Part shown: in pieces, positions 1 to 15,549 of the stretch | Numbering within the stretch: position 1 is the stretch's first letter | How the letters are laid out: each line of letters opens with the position of its first letter | Assembly (NCBI GenBank): GCA_951406725.2 | Contig: OX597823.1 | Coordinates: 372,001-436,000 of the forward strand | Direction of reading: 5' to 3' | Origin: Octopus vulgaris | Lineage: Eukaryota | Length of the DNA stretch: 64,000 nucleotides | Program-made: the position numbers and the translations under genes | Notes under the pieces: model-generated | Seen by the model: only the letters and a program-made list of their open reading frames with translations | The model's database searches: none | What the model was told of the DNA's origin: nothing

Positions 1-3118
<3,118 letters not shown>

Positions 3119-3129
3119 TATATAGAAGG

Positions 3130-3180
3130 AGCTTCTACAGGACTAGAACTGTTTCATTCAAGAGAAATCTTCAGGAAGCT
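3130..3180 (-). ncRNA. Type I hammerhead ribozyme motif (inverted copy)
   Basis: Reverse complement of 3822-3872. Confidence 0.8.
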
Positions 3181-3821
3181 AGTTAACAAGAATTGTATTG
3201 GCATTTATACATTTAGGCAGGTTTAAAGGGGTGTTGGTGGGGGACTTTTTGGGGGTAGGCATAGCGCAAAATATCATACTTGGGGGAGTGTGTGCTGTGT
3301 GTGCATGTGTGTGTGTGGATTTGTGTGTGTATGCGTGTATGTGAGTATGTGTGTGTATGTGTATATATATTTTTCTGTGTGTATATGTATGTGTGGTTGT
3401 GTGTGTATATATACATGTGTGTATACGTGTATGCATGTGAGTGTGTGTATGTATACATATATGTGTATGTGTAGATATGTATATGTATGTGTAAGTGTAT
3501 ATATATGTATATATATATGTGTGTGTATGTATGTGTGTATGTATATATGTTTGTATGCGTGTGTATATATGTATACATATGTGCATAGGTATAAGTGAGA
3601 ATCTCCTTATTTACCTAAAACTCTATTCCCCCTTTTTTATATATATATATATTTTTTATTTTTTTTATTTTTTATTTATTCTTCTATCTAATTTAACACT
3701 GACTCCTTGACCACTCCCCCAAGTATGATATTTTGCGCTATGCCTACCCCCAAAAAGTCCCCCACCAACACCCCTTTAAACCTGCCTAAATGTATAAATG
3801 CCAATACAATTCTTGTTAACT

Positions 3822-3872
3822 AGCTTCCTGAAGATTTCTCTTGAATGAAACAGTTCTAGTCCTGTAGAAGCT
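3822..3872 (+). ncRNA. Type I hammerhead ribozyme motif
   Basis: AGCTTC-CTGAAGA-T-TTC(TCTT)GAA-T-GAAA-CAG(TTCTAGTC)CTG-TA-GAAGCT: 6-bp stem I, intact CUGANGA/GAAA core, stem III and GUA cleavage triplet (cut after 3866). Confidence 0.82.
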
Positions 3873-3955
3873 CCTTCTATATAATAAATTAATTTTACTC
3901 TGCTATGTATTGAGTACCTTATTTACTGTGGTTAACCCCGAATCAACCCGGGACC

Positions 3956-4055
<100 letters not shown>

Positions 4056-4214
4056 CATATATATACATATAAATTAATTGTTATCGCCATATTAATATGG
4101 CATTCTTATAGATATAAGAATTATCGCTGCCATGGTCAGCTCCATGAGGCCACCGCCATCAAGATAGCTATTGATACACGATCTGTATCCATTATAACCT
4201 TCAAACATTTCTTT

Positions 4215-5372
4215 GTAAGCTACACCAATGCTAGAACGGGACGACACTGCATAGTGCCAAAGATCCCAGCAATGCCATCACGTTTCAGGACCAGCTTCTG
4301 CAATAGCCTGGGTTTCAAGGGCCCACAGCTTGTTAATATTCTCCCAAAGAGTCTGAGGAACTTGCACAAAGTAGATGCAGCGGTTTTTAAATATATATAT
4401 GCAGACAATACGAAAGTCTCGCAGAAAATACAAAACCCCAGCGATGTTGCACACCTGCAGCAGGAGTTGGACTCAATCTACAGATGGGCTGAGGATAATA
4501 ATATGCATCTTAATGCTGAAAAATTCCAGACCCTGCGCTACCAGCATCCAAAGCTGAATATTAAACTTACAGGATACACCGGTCCACAGGGAATTTCAAT
4601 CCCAGAGCCTAAGTGTGTGAGGGACCTGGGTATCGACATGAGTGATGATACCTCTTTCCAAGTGCACATTACCAGGATGGCAACAAAGTGCAGACAACTG
4701 GCTGGGTGGATCCTGAGAACATTCAGAACCAGAGATAAGGAAACCATGATGGTCCTCTGGCAGACATTCGTCCTCAGCTGCCTGGATTACTGCTCACAGC
4801 TATGGTCACCCACCAATGTAAAATTAACAGAGGACCTTGAAGCAATCCAGAGAAGATTCACAAAGAAGATCGTCTCTTTGCAACAGCTCAGCTACTGGAA
4901 AAGGTTGAAACAGCTAAGACTCTACTCCCTGGAGAGAAGACGGGAGAGGTATGCAGTAATATATGTCTGGAAGATCCTGGAAGGAATTGTGCCAAATTTT
5001 GGCATTGTAAGCTACACCAATGCTAGAACGGGACGACACTGCATAGTGCCAAAGATCTCAGCACTGCCATCACGCTTCAGGACCAGCTTCTGCAACAACC
5101 TGGGTTTCAAGGGCCCACAGCTTGTTAATATTCTCCCAAAGAGTCTGAGGAACTTGCACAAAGTAGATGTAGCGGTTTTTAAATCAAAACTGGACATCTT
5201 CCTGTCAAGAGTCCCAGATGAACCTACCTCACGGCAAGAGGTGCAAATGAGAGTAGCTGTATCAAACTCCATTCTTCACCAAGTGCCACATATTAGACGA
5301 GGTTCATCGCAATAACAGTGTAGCACAAAACGGCGGTGCATCAGCATGGCCGCAGCTCTGAGCTGAAACTAG

Positions 5373-5400
<28 letters not shown>
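4215..5400 (+). mobile_element. 5'-truncated CR1-like LINE (RT C-terminal half) with poly(A) tail
   Basis: ORF 4254..5315 has YADNTKV (degenerate YADD), RDLGI, LDYCSQLWSP, LYSLERRRER and FKGPQLVNILP, followed by poly(A) at 5373-5401. Segment 4215-4392 duplicates 5006-5183. Confidence 0.9.
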
Positions 5401-5461
<61 letters not shown>

Positions 5462-5587
5462 TACATATATATACATATATACATATATATATACACATAT
5501 ATACATATATATACATATATACATATATATATATATATACACATATATACATATATATACATATATACATATATATATATATACACA

Positions 5588-5625
<38 letters not shown>

Positions 5626-5634
5626 CATACATAT

Positions 5635-5665
<31 letters not shown>

Positions 5666-5672
5666 CATATAT
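5401..5672. repeat. (TA)n/(TACA)n microsatellite
   Basis: Directly visible. Confidence 0.95.
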
Positions 5673-5700
5673 ATATTATATTAAATTAGAGACAATTAGA

Positions 5701-5890
5701 GCTACTTACCACACAGCCACTTCTGTGCCTAATGTACATTAGCATTTAATAACAAACACACACACATATATGTGGAAGTCATGTCAATTATTGAGACACT
5801 GGTTTCATAATTAACATGACTCTCAACACTATTACACAGGGATAGGAACAAATAGACATGAAACACATACGTCCAACTTCTCTGCTCTTT

Positions 5891-5957
<67 letters not shown>

Positions 5958-6462
5958 GTGTGGATTTGTCCTTGAATTGGAATGGTTTCCAAAAAGATTT
6001 CTAATGTTCGTTCTTCATATTTTGCTGAGAATTTACTGGTGTAAATTGGTGTAGATATGAAACGTTGTATTAGTATAATAAGTGTAGAATTAAGTTATAG
6101 AATTAAGTTCTAGAAATCTAATCATATTTGTCAATAAAGGAGGTGATAGGACGTTAAAAATTTGTTAGATGTTTATTCATGCTTACGATTGTCTCGTACA
6201 TAGACATATATTCATTTTCAGAATTTGCAAATATCAAAGTACTCATCAGTACAGAAAAAATGAGAACTTAAAAGAAAGAGCAGAGAAGTTGGACGTATGT
6301 GTTTCATGTCTATTTGTTCCTATCCCTGTGTAATAGTGTTGAGAGTCATGTTAATTATGAAACCAGTGTCTCAATAATTGACATGACTTCCACATATATG
6401 TGTGTGTGTGTTATTAAATGCTAATGTACATTAGGTACAGAAGTGGCTGTGTGGTAAGTAGC
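5701..6462. repeat. ~190-bp inverted duplication (5701-5893 / 6272-6462) around an AT-rich insert
   Basis: The arms are near-perfect reverse complements and include the first bases of the SINE that starts near 6436. Confidence 0.9.
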
Positions 6463-6840
6463 TTGCTTACCAACCACATGGTTCCGGATTCATTCCCACT
6501 GCGTGGCACCTTGGGCAAGTGTCTTCTACTATAGCCTCGGGCTGACCAAAACCTTGTAAGTGGAGTTGCTAGATGGAAACTGAGAGAAGCCTGTCATGTA
6601 TATATACGTATATGTTTGTGTGTCTTGTGTTTGTTCAAACCACTATCGCTTGACAACCGATGCTGGTGTGTTTACATCCTCCATAAATTAGTAGTTCAGC
6701 AAAAAGAGACTGATAGAATAAGTACTAGGCTTACAAAGAATAAGTCCTGGGGTCGATTTACTCAACTAAAAGGCGGTGCTCCAGCATGGCCGCAGTCAAA
6801 TGACTGAAACAAGTAAAAGAGTAAATGAGAGTAAAGAGTA
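6436..6840 (+). mobile_element. tRNA-derived SINE (A/B-box head, CORE-like body, LINE-derived tail)
   Basis: Head GTGGCTGTGTGGTAAG...GGATTCATTCCC, then CCTTGGGCAAGTG, then tail GGCGGTGCTCCAGCATGGCCGCAGTCAAATGACTGAAAC. Many related copies occur in the window. Confidence 0.85.
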
Positions 6841-6854
6841 TATGTATGTGTGTG

Positions 6855-6895
<41 letters not shown>

Positions 6896-7162
6896 TTCAA
6901 ATATTGAGGATGTAATTTCGTTGTAAGAGCTTAAACAAAAATAAAATCTGGATATCAACTGGTGTTATCAAATATATTGAGAGGAAGTTTCACAATACAT
7001 ATGGATAAACTGTCCAATAATGTGCGAAGTTGATATAAGAAAATGGAGAAGAAATATAGCGAACACTGAGTTAATTTGATCTGTATTACGATGAAAAACG
7101 TAAAACATGTAAGATTTGAGATTTAAATGAACAGAATCAACAAAAGAAATAAAAAGAAATGA

Positions 7163-7271
7163 ATCCTACATCATATGTTTCAATCAAGCCATTAGGTTCA
7201 GATCATCCCTATTTAAGCGATGTTAGATGTAAAATAGCCCCACACTATGGCTGGATATCATTAGGTCGGAT
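7163..7271 (-). ncRNA. Degenerate hammerhead motif
   Basis: Minus strand: ATCCGAC-CTAATGA-T-ATCCAGCCAT...ATGGCTTGAT-T-GAAAC-ATAT-GAT-GTAGGAT. Core and cleavage triplet are mutated. Confidence 0.5.
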
Positions 7272-8179
7272 GCTTACTTTCTGGTGATGAGCAGCGAAAT
7301 AAGATGAGGACCACATTTTTCAATGTTCAAATAATGTAACCAATAATTTATTAGGATGCGAAAGTTGTGTAGGGTGATAGTATCTAATGAAATCTTGCTA
7401 AGCTACTATAATGTATTTAAAAAAGAGACTTAAAAGTGTTAGGGGACATAAAGTAAGCATTTTATTAGAATATGGGATGTTATGGGCTGTTAAGGGTATT
7501 GAAGACAACGTGAGAGATGAAATATATTTTTGATGGGGGGGGGGGGGGAGGCATAAATGATTTCGGATATAAAAGAGAAAAATAATTCGATATTATATAC
7601 TAAAATAACTATTAATTATTTAGCATTTCAATGTACTATCATATACATTCCACTATTTAGAGAAAAATTATAGTTTACATACTTCGGAGAGGAATTTAAA
7701 CATTGATGAGAAAAAAATTAAGTAAGGGTATAGAGAGAAATAGAATTTTTGAGGGGGCAAAAATAATAAAATGTGACAAAGTGGGAGAAAAGTGGGAGAA
7801 GAAACACAAATAATTTTTTATGTGGAGTATAAGATACAAAAAAGATTAAGAAATAGAAGAGAACAAAGGAGATAAGTTATTTCATATTGTCTACTACGAT
7901 ACTATTTTAGAATGTATTTTGGAGAGAAGTTATAACTATTATTATTTAGTATTTCAATGGACTAAGTCATACTTTCCATTGTTCAGAGAAAAAGTATGAA
8001 GTATATAAAAATTATAGTGCACTTACTTCTGAGAGGAATTTACATATCTATGCGAAAAATTTTTTTTAAATGTGAGGTAGTTTTTATAATTCATTACATT
8101 TTACTAAAGTATAATTGTAATAACGAGTAATCTCCCTTTGTTCTTGTGGTTGAATTTTTTTTTCTTCAGTGTTTTATTA

Positions 8180-8239
8180 TGATTGATTGATTGATTCCAG
8201 TTTCAGCTCATGAGCTGTGGCCATGCTGGGGCACCGCCA
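8180..8239 (-). mobile_element. Isolated LINE/SINE 3' tail fragment with (TCAA)n end
   Basis: Minus strand GGCGGTGCCCCAGCATGGCCACAGCTCATGAGCTGAAACTGG matches the LINE tail at 5332-5372. Confidence 0.75.
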
Positions 8240-8544
8240 TTTTGTGAAAACAAAATTATGATGAAAACAAATTATCATTTGTTTTACTAAATAAGATTTG
8301 TGGATAATATGTATATATATATATATATATATACATACATATACACATGCACACGTGGAATTTTTTAGGTGCATATGTAGACAGATTAAAGGTTTCAATA
8401 GTTATTGATGTTGGTTTATAAGATTTTAGAAAATAAAAGATAAAAAGTCCTAGTAAAAGCATTATTTTAAAAATAGGGATTATATGGAAAAAAATCTAAA
8501 TAAAGGGTTTATTAAGTAAGTTACTGAAAACAAAGGGGTAATTA

Positions 8545-9752
8545 TTGGGTTGCCAACTAAGTTCCCACCATTTTTCTAAATTTTGGAATTTTTGCATTTT
8601 TAAATTTAGGAATCTATTTTCGAGAATTCTATTTTTGAATCATTTTGGAATCTATTTTGTTTTTTCTAGTTAATTTTAGTTAATTTTTGTTTACTTTCAG
8701 ATTATTAAAATGGAATGTTAAGTTATGAAAAACGAACATTTTTGACACCTCCTTCCTTTTGCTTTTAATCAAGGTTCTAAGGCCGCAAAAGCTGATTGGT
8801 ATGCCAAGTTCAAAAATGGTAATTTTAACCTCAAAGATGCACCTCGTTCTCGCCGTCCAGTTGAGTTCGATGAAGAGCGATTAAACCAACTTCTGCATGA
8901 AAATTCTTGTCAAATGACAACGGAACTGGCAGAGAAAATGGAATGCTCCCACACTGCTATAGAGAAGCATCTTCACTCGATGGAGAAGGTTCGGAAGTAT
9001 AGAGCATGGGTTCTGCATGCTTTAAGTGACAACAACAAAAATCAACGAGCCACAATTTCCGCTGGTTTGCTTGCTCATCACCGCTCAACTCATGGATACA
9101 AGGAACGATTTCTTTACCGGATCGTTACTGGCAATGAAAAATGGAGCCTGTACATCAATATGAAGCAGCGTAAGGAATGGCTTAGCCTCAGTAAACAAGA
9201 TCTTCATCTGCGTAAAACGATGTTGTGCATATGGTGGGACTGGGAAGGGATTATCCATTACGAATTGCTTGAATGGAACCAAACGGTCAATGCAAAACTC
9301 TATGTTCAACAGATGGAACGACTCAACATGGCTATTCAAGAGAAAAGACCTAATTGGCAGCATGGAGTTCTGCTGCTGCACGACAACGCCCGCCCTCATA
9401 TCGCCAATATGACCAAGGAAACCATTCAAACGCATGGCTGGGAAGTGCTGCCACACCCTCCATACTCTCCTGATGTGGCACCAATGAATTTCCAGCTCTT
9501 TCGATCTCTTTCAAATGCTATGTGTGGAGTTTCGTTCAATATTGATGCAGAATTGAGAGCTTGGTTGGATCAATTTTTTTGAGTCGAAATCGGGTGATTT
9601 CTACCAATGAGGTATTGAAAATCTTGTTGAACGTTGGGAAGAAGTTGTAAACAACAAGGGTGAATACATTATTGATTAATTAGTTATTTTTTATTAAACC
9701 TTTTAAAAAATTAAAATTTTAAAAAATAGCGGGAACTTAGTTGCCAACCTAA
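8545..9752 (+). mobile_element. Mariner (Tc1/mariner) DNA transposon, full length, disrupted transposase
   Basis: TIRs TTGGGTTGCCAACTAAGTTCCC / GGGAACTTAGTTGCCAACCTAA with TA target duplication. ORF 8914..9582 has WVLHAL, VTGNEKW, HDNARPH and HPPYSPDVAP. Confidence 0.95.
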
Positions 9753-10502
9753 TATAATAGTTGTAATTGTATAAAAGTGGAATATATGTATGAAATAAAT
9801 ATAGATTATTGTATAATGTTGGGATAAGTTGGTATTCGAGTTTTTGAATATTGCAATATAAAATTTGAGAGATCTATGGAATAAACTTATACTATTATCA
9901 TGGTATAAAAAGTTGGTTTATATGCGTATCATTATCATTTTAATAAATAAGCATGCTAATATCATGGGATTAAAATGTGGGTTATATGGGTATCCTTAAT
10001 AAGGAAAAGTACAAGTGGTGGATTATTGAATATGCTGCGGAGAACTAATATATAATTTGTAATTTCAATGTTAGTACATCTACTGATATGGAGTAAAAAA
10101 AATAGTGCAATTGACCAAGAAGAGGATGTTACATATTATTGCACTGAGTTAAGAATAAGCTGATAATAGAGTTTGGGATTAAATTTTAGAGTTCAAAATA
10201 AAAATTGAATATTGGTGAGTTAATTAAAATAATGGGAATAAAAATAGGGGCTATGGTGTTTTATATGGAGTATAAGTATAGTGGGATTAGCAATGAAGGG
10301 GATATTATATATTATTGTATTATGATAAGGTAAGTTTGGGATTAAATGATGGTGGTTATAATTATGCATCTGATAAGAAAAAAGGTTATTGAATTATATG
10401 TAGATGGTATTTTAAATACTAATTGTTCTACTTGAACATTAAAAAGCAGGATTTTTATCAGAGATGTGATTACGATGGGATGTATGCATAATTGGAATGG
10501 GT

Positions 10503-10689
10503 TATCATCATCATCATCATGTAACGTCCGCTTTCCCTGCTGGCATAGGTTGGATAGTTTGACTGAGGACTGGCAAGCCAGGAGAATGCACCAGGCCCCA
10601 CAATCTGATCTGGTAAGGTCTTTACAGCTGGATGTTCTTCATAACGCCAACCACTCAGAAAGTGTTGCAGGTGCTTTTTATGTGCCACA
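10503..10689 (-). mobile_element. RTE-tail SINE/LINE 3' fragment with (ATG)n tail
   Basis: Same sequence family as 34190-34377 and 61164-61487. Confidence 0.8.
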
Positions 10690-12252
10690 CATATATATAA
10701 TATAGTAATTATATCCCATGCATTATATATTATTATTATTATTATCATCATCATCATCATCATTATTTAGTGAAATAATATGTAGTGGAAAATACTTATA
10801 TAAATTTAGAAAAAGTATATTTATGTGCATGTAAACATTGGCAATTTTTTTCAGATTTCTCATTTAAGAGATTATGCTTAGAGAATAGGATGTGATAGAT
10901 TTCGCCTAGGCAGACTGAGTATGTCTTGGCTGACGGTCTGTAGAGTAGAACATTATTTAGGACTTTCATCTAATTTTACAAGTTGTATTACTATCTTTAA
11001 GTTTCCAGATAAATTTACTAAGGCCTGTGCTATTTCTTTTATTAGTACTTCTAAAAGAGGCTTCAAGGTTAGTGATACGAGATTTCACATAATATGCTGT
11101 GGCTCCAACATAATAGAAATATTTACCTTCAGCTTCAACTGTTGCCTGGTATACTTAGGTTTCTACATTTAAAGTAATCGTTAAATTTATAATTTGCCTT
11201 TTACTCTACAGTCACACAAATCATTTAGATCACTACTAGATGCGTTGGTTGTGTTCGTATTACTGCTCTTGTGTAGTCTGGGTATAATATTCCTGTCATT
11301 TTCAGGTATTAGGATAGTGTTTGTGTTCCTAGCTGCAGGGGGGGGGGTTCTATTTGTGTAATACACATCAAGTTTAACATCATTAGTAGATGATATATGC
11401 CTAATTAGGTTTTTGGCTAGAGACAATCCGATCCTTATTCCTTTATTATTAATTCTAGTACTGTATTTACTAGAAGTGAAATGTTTATCTATTATGGAAT
11501 GGATTACCCTGCTTGCCATAAGGTAAGATAAGCCAAATACTATTATTATCATCATCATCATCATTAAGTTTTTTGAGGCGTTTTTGGTTGCTATCTGGTG
11601 GATGTTTTATATATGGAATATGTTTCTTACGTTTTAAGTATTTATTAATTTTTTTTTTTATTTAATCAGTAGTTGGATTCATGTTGAATGGGATTCATAT
11701 TTTTATTATTATTACTATTATTATAATCATCATTATTATTGGAATGATTTTTGAAAATTTCCATTGTTATGCTTATTCATGCGAATTATTGGTTCATTTT
11801 TATTTATAAACAATTCATCATTTATCTGGTTGTCTGTTTGCAGGTTATCCTTATTTGTTTCAAATTTCATTTTCTGTGTATATCCTGCCTTAGCTAATAC
11901 TGAGTTATAATAATTCCTTATTTATATTAAAAATTTCTTGACTAGATGAGAGCTAATTAATTCTGTGTTGAATATTTTTAACTAAACATTTAGCGATTGT
12001 TTCGGGGTGATTACTTTCATAATTAATATATATCAACTTTGAATTAGGTTTGTGATATGGCGCATGGTTACCTGTGAGTAAATTAAAATTAACATCTAGA
12101 AACTTTACAGAGCTACGCACACTTTCTACAGAAATTTTAACACCAAATGTATTAAAGAATTGAAAAAGAATTTTTTTCTTGTAAATATCTAATTTTCTGT
12201 TACTTGTAGCTTTAATAATGAGTAACACTTCGTAACTGTCACCGCTACCACA

Positions 12253-12297
12253 TGAACCTGAAGATTGCATAGTTTAATGCATGAAAGAACTAGTTCA
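12253..12297 (+). ncRNA. Minimal type I hammerhead motif at the inverted 5' end of the decayed Penelope-like element
   Basis: TGAAC-CTGAAGA-T-TGCAT(AGTTTA)ATGCA-T-GAAA-GAAC-TA-GTTCA. Stems I and II are perfect; stem III is vestigial. Confidence 0.65.
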
Positions 12298-12429
12298 ATC
12301 AGAATGGACATTTAATATTCTATCATTTTATTATATTATATTATTATAAGATTGTAAATAAAGTGTGAAAATCAGACAAAGTTGGAATTTCTTTGAGTAA
12401 TATATGTATAAGCATACACACATATACAT

Positions 12430-12511
<82 letters not shown>

Positions 12512-12577
12512 TTATATATACAGACACACACGCACACACACATATATACAGACAGACACACACATATATATAAACAC

Positions 12578-12738
12578 ATATAAAAGAGTTCTTTAGATCC
12601 AGGGGTAATTTTGCATTGGTAAACAATATTTTTAATTCTGCAATCTCCCAAATAAAACTTGCATCCTCAATGGAAATTGCAGAATTAAAAATGTTTACCA
12701 AAGCAAAATTACCTCTGGATCTAAAGAACTCTTTTATA
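12578..12738. repeat. Small fold-back element (~65-bp inverted arms) in TA/CA microsatellite
   Basis: ATAAAAGAGTTCTTTAGATCCAGGGGTAATTTTGC ... GCAAAATTACCTCTGGATCTAAAGAACTCTTTTAT. Confidence 0.85.
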
Positions 12739-13099
12739 TTAGATTGGCTTCTATCGAGTTGAAAATCCATATCGCACTTTTAAATACAGTCATAAGTGTA
12801 ATTTTACAGCTAAATTGGCATCTTAAAGACTCTAATAAACATTTTTCTTTGGATTGAAAACTTTTATCAAGACCATTTCCCTATGATAAAGGGAAATCTT
12901 TCTGTCCTCTTTGTATGGATGGGCAACTATCTATTCTCTTTTCTAAACTTAAACTGGTCAACACCTTTACTGAGCGTGTTTACAGGTGTTTGCATTGGAA
13001 AAAACACTCATTTACCTTTTTTAAATAATATCTACCCCTCACCTCCTAAACTACCTGCATCAACTTGCTATAAAAGCAGGTAGTAATTTTACCTTGTCT

Positions 13100-14240
13100 T
13101 TATTCTTAGTACAAGTTTTGAAGAGTGCAGTTCGATTTTAGCAGTTACTTTTTCAAAGTTATAATGGAAGTGACAAAGGAGCATATTTGGCATATTTTGT
13201 TTTATGAGCTCAATAAAGGCAACAATGCAATGGAAAGTGCAAGGATAATTAATGCAGGACAATAATTGTAAGCGAGTGTCAATGGTGGTTCCAGAAATTC
13301 CGAGCTGGAAACTACAGCCTAGAAAATCAGTCTTGTCCTGGAAGATCTTTAGACCTCAACAAAGATGTCCTGCAAACCCTGGTGGAACAAAATCCCATTA
13401 TAACTATTGATGAACTAGTAGAGAAGCTTGGATGGTCATTCAACAATTCATTGACACCTGCATCGGAAAAGTCAGCAAATTGGGTCAATTGGTTCCTCAC
13501 AAACTTTCTGAGTCTAATCACGTGCAGAGTGCAAATGTGTGCTCTTCTTTGCTGTCATATCTCAAGAATAAACGTTTTTTGGATTGAGTAGTGACTGGTG
13601 ATGAGAACTGGGTTCTCTATAAAAATGTCAAGTGCCAAAGACAGTGGGTAAGGAAAGGAGAAACACCAGCATCCCAGGCTAAAGAAGGTTTTCACCTATG
13701 TAAAGTGTTATCTGTTTGGTGGGATATGAGAGGTTTAGTCCAGTTTGAACTTTTAAACTCAAACCAAACGATAACAAAGGAGATCTACTGAGAGCACGCT
13801 GAGCAACTTAAGTCAGTGCTAGAAGAAAAAACGGACCATTTTTGGTTTCAAGACGAAAGGTATTCTTCCATCAGGATAATGTTTGGCCACATACAGCAAA
13901 GATGATGTTCAAAAGGCTGGAGCAGTTTCAATGGAAAATGAACCCCCATCCAACATATTTGCCAGACACTGACCCATCTGATTATCATTTATTCTGCAGT
14001 CTTCAAAATCGTTTGCACAGAAAAAATATAAATTCTGTAGATGAAGTCAGAACAGTACTGGAGGAGTATTTTTTGTCACGAACAAGTGAATTTTGGAGGG
14101 GGGGGGGGCCTTTCAAGTCTAGCAGAACATTGTAGAAAATGAAGGAGAGAATATTTTAGATTACAAAAGAACTTTGTTTATCTTAATTTTGAAAAATAAA
14201 AGTATTATAAAAAAACTGCATTATTTATGGGATAACCCAA
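13100..14240 (+). mobile_element. Degenerate mariner transposon (second family)
   Basis: Fragments VTGDENWVLY, VWWD, FHQDNVWPH and HPTYLPDTDPSDYHLF. The right end TTATTTATGGGATAACCCAA-TA is TIR-like; the left TIR was not found. Confidence 0.85.
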
Positions 14241-15549
14241 TATATATCAATATATATATATACCATGCCAGCATGGATGGTGGACATTAACGATGATGAT
14301 GATGATATATATTATATATACATACATTTATATATAAATATATATATTATATATATATATATATACACACACACACATACATACATGCATACCTCCAAAA
14401 CCTAAACTTATATAAAACTAAACTTAAAAGAATTAGTGATTGTGGAAGAGAGAGGTTTCCAGTAGAAGTTAGAGAACTGCATTCTTGGAACAATCTTTAC
14501 AAAATGGAAATAAAACCAACATTATCAAATACACTGAAAACATTTCCATTTTCTATGAAATAAACATGGTGTATAATGCTTACTATTTGTTAATGTTTAA
14601 AGAAATATCATTTCATTGGATAAAATCCAGAAAGAATGCAACCCACTTTCCCTCATATTCTGAAGTGAATTCAAGTACCCCCCCATCCCCCACACACAAA
14701 CACACAATTAGGTTTTCCAGAAGATCATAAATTTAGTTGTGAAAATTCAGTTTCTCAAAATAAAGTTGAGTGTGTGTGTGTGTATTTCTTTCATTTGTTT
14801 TAACCAGTTTGCTACTACAGCACCAACTTCACACTTCAGTGCCAGATGCCTTTTATGTCATCTGTGTACATTCAGGAGTATTATTTATTGCAGTATTTCA
14901 ACATCTCTTGTTGGGGAATCCTTGAATTCATGAGGATGATCCACTTTGGTGTTAGGCTTTTGCAGATCTGTGATGCCAGAGAGAAATGCATGCAGATACC
15001 ATTTAAAAGTTTCGGAGAATGAAGTGGGATTAGTCTTTTGAGAGGCAGTTATATCATTGCAAGGCTTTAAATGTGAACTGCTGATTTCAGACGAAAGAAT
15101 TTAAGGCTTCCTAGTCTACTTGAACTTACAAATATTTTCCATATATGATACCATATCATTGCAGTTGGTGTTCCAAGTACTAGATACGTTATAGTTTAGT
15201 CCCAGGTAAGCTCTGACTGAGAAGACTTATGGTCAAAGGTATTCTAACTATAACCATCACTCTATTTTTTTCAATATGTAGGGAGCCCAGGACTACATCA
15301 TTCAATGAACTCTTTTTTTAAAATAAAAGGATTGATTTAAGGGAGATTTGGCTGCTATTTCTAGCAACTCAAGCAATCATGTAAAGACATCTTCTTTGGC
15401 TTCAGCAGAAATGTAATACAGAAAAGTGTGCCCAGTAATTTAGATTTCTAACCTTGCTTACAGATTTGCTGGATGCTTTTTCCAATCTTTCATTACCAAG
15501 TAAAGGCCTGGACTGCTTCAAGATCATAAATACAAGCTGTAAATCAACC

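Larger units (their letters stand above)
6895..12370 (-). mobile_element. Decayed Penelope-like element (RT C-terminus, GIY-YIG, long AT-rich 3' region) interrupted by a mariner and SINEs
   Basis: 11953..12270 reads FLDVNFNL...PYHKPNSKLIYINYESNHP; 11187..11564 ends in CDCR; ~11050-11150 reads VYQATVEAEGKYFYYVGAT. Extension of the element to 6895 is inferred from composition and the hammerhead remnant at 7163. Confidence 0.7.

Noticed and set aside
6436-6510. tRNA gene
   Set aside because: The A/B boxes belong to a SINE head; there is no complete cloverleaf and the sequence continues into the SINE body.
6772-6812. Hairpin-GAAAC in SINE/LINE tails as hammerhead ribozymes
   Set aside because: No CUGANGA core or cleavage-site helix is present; I treated these as RT-recognition stem-loops.
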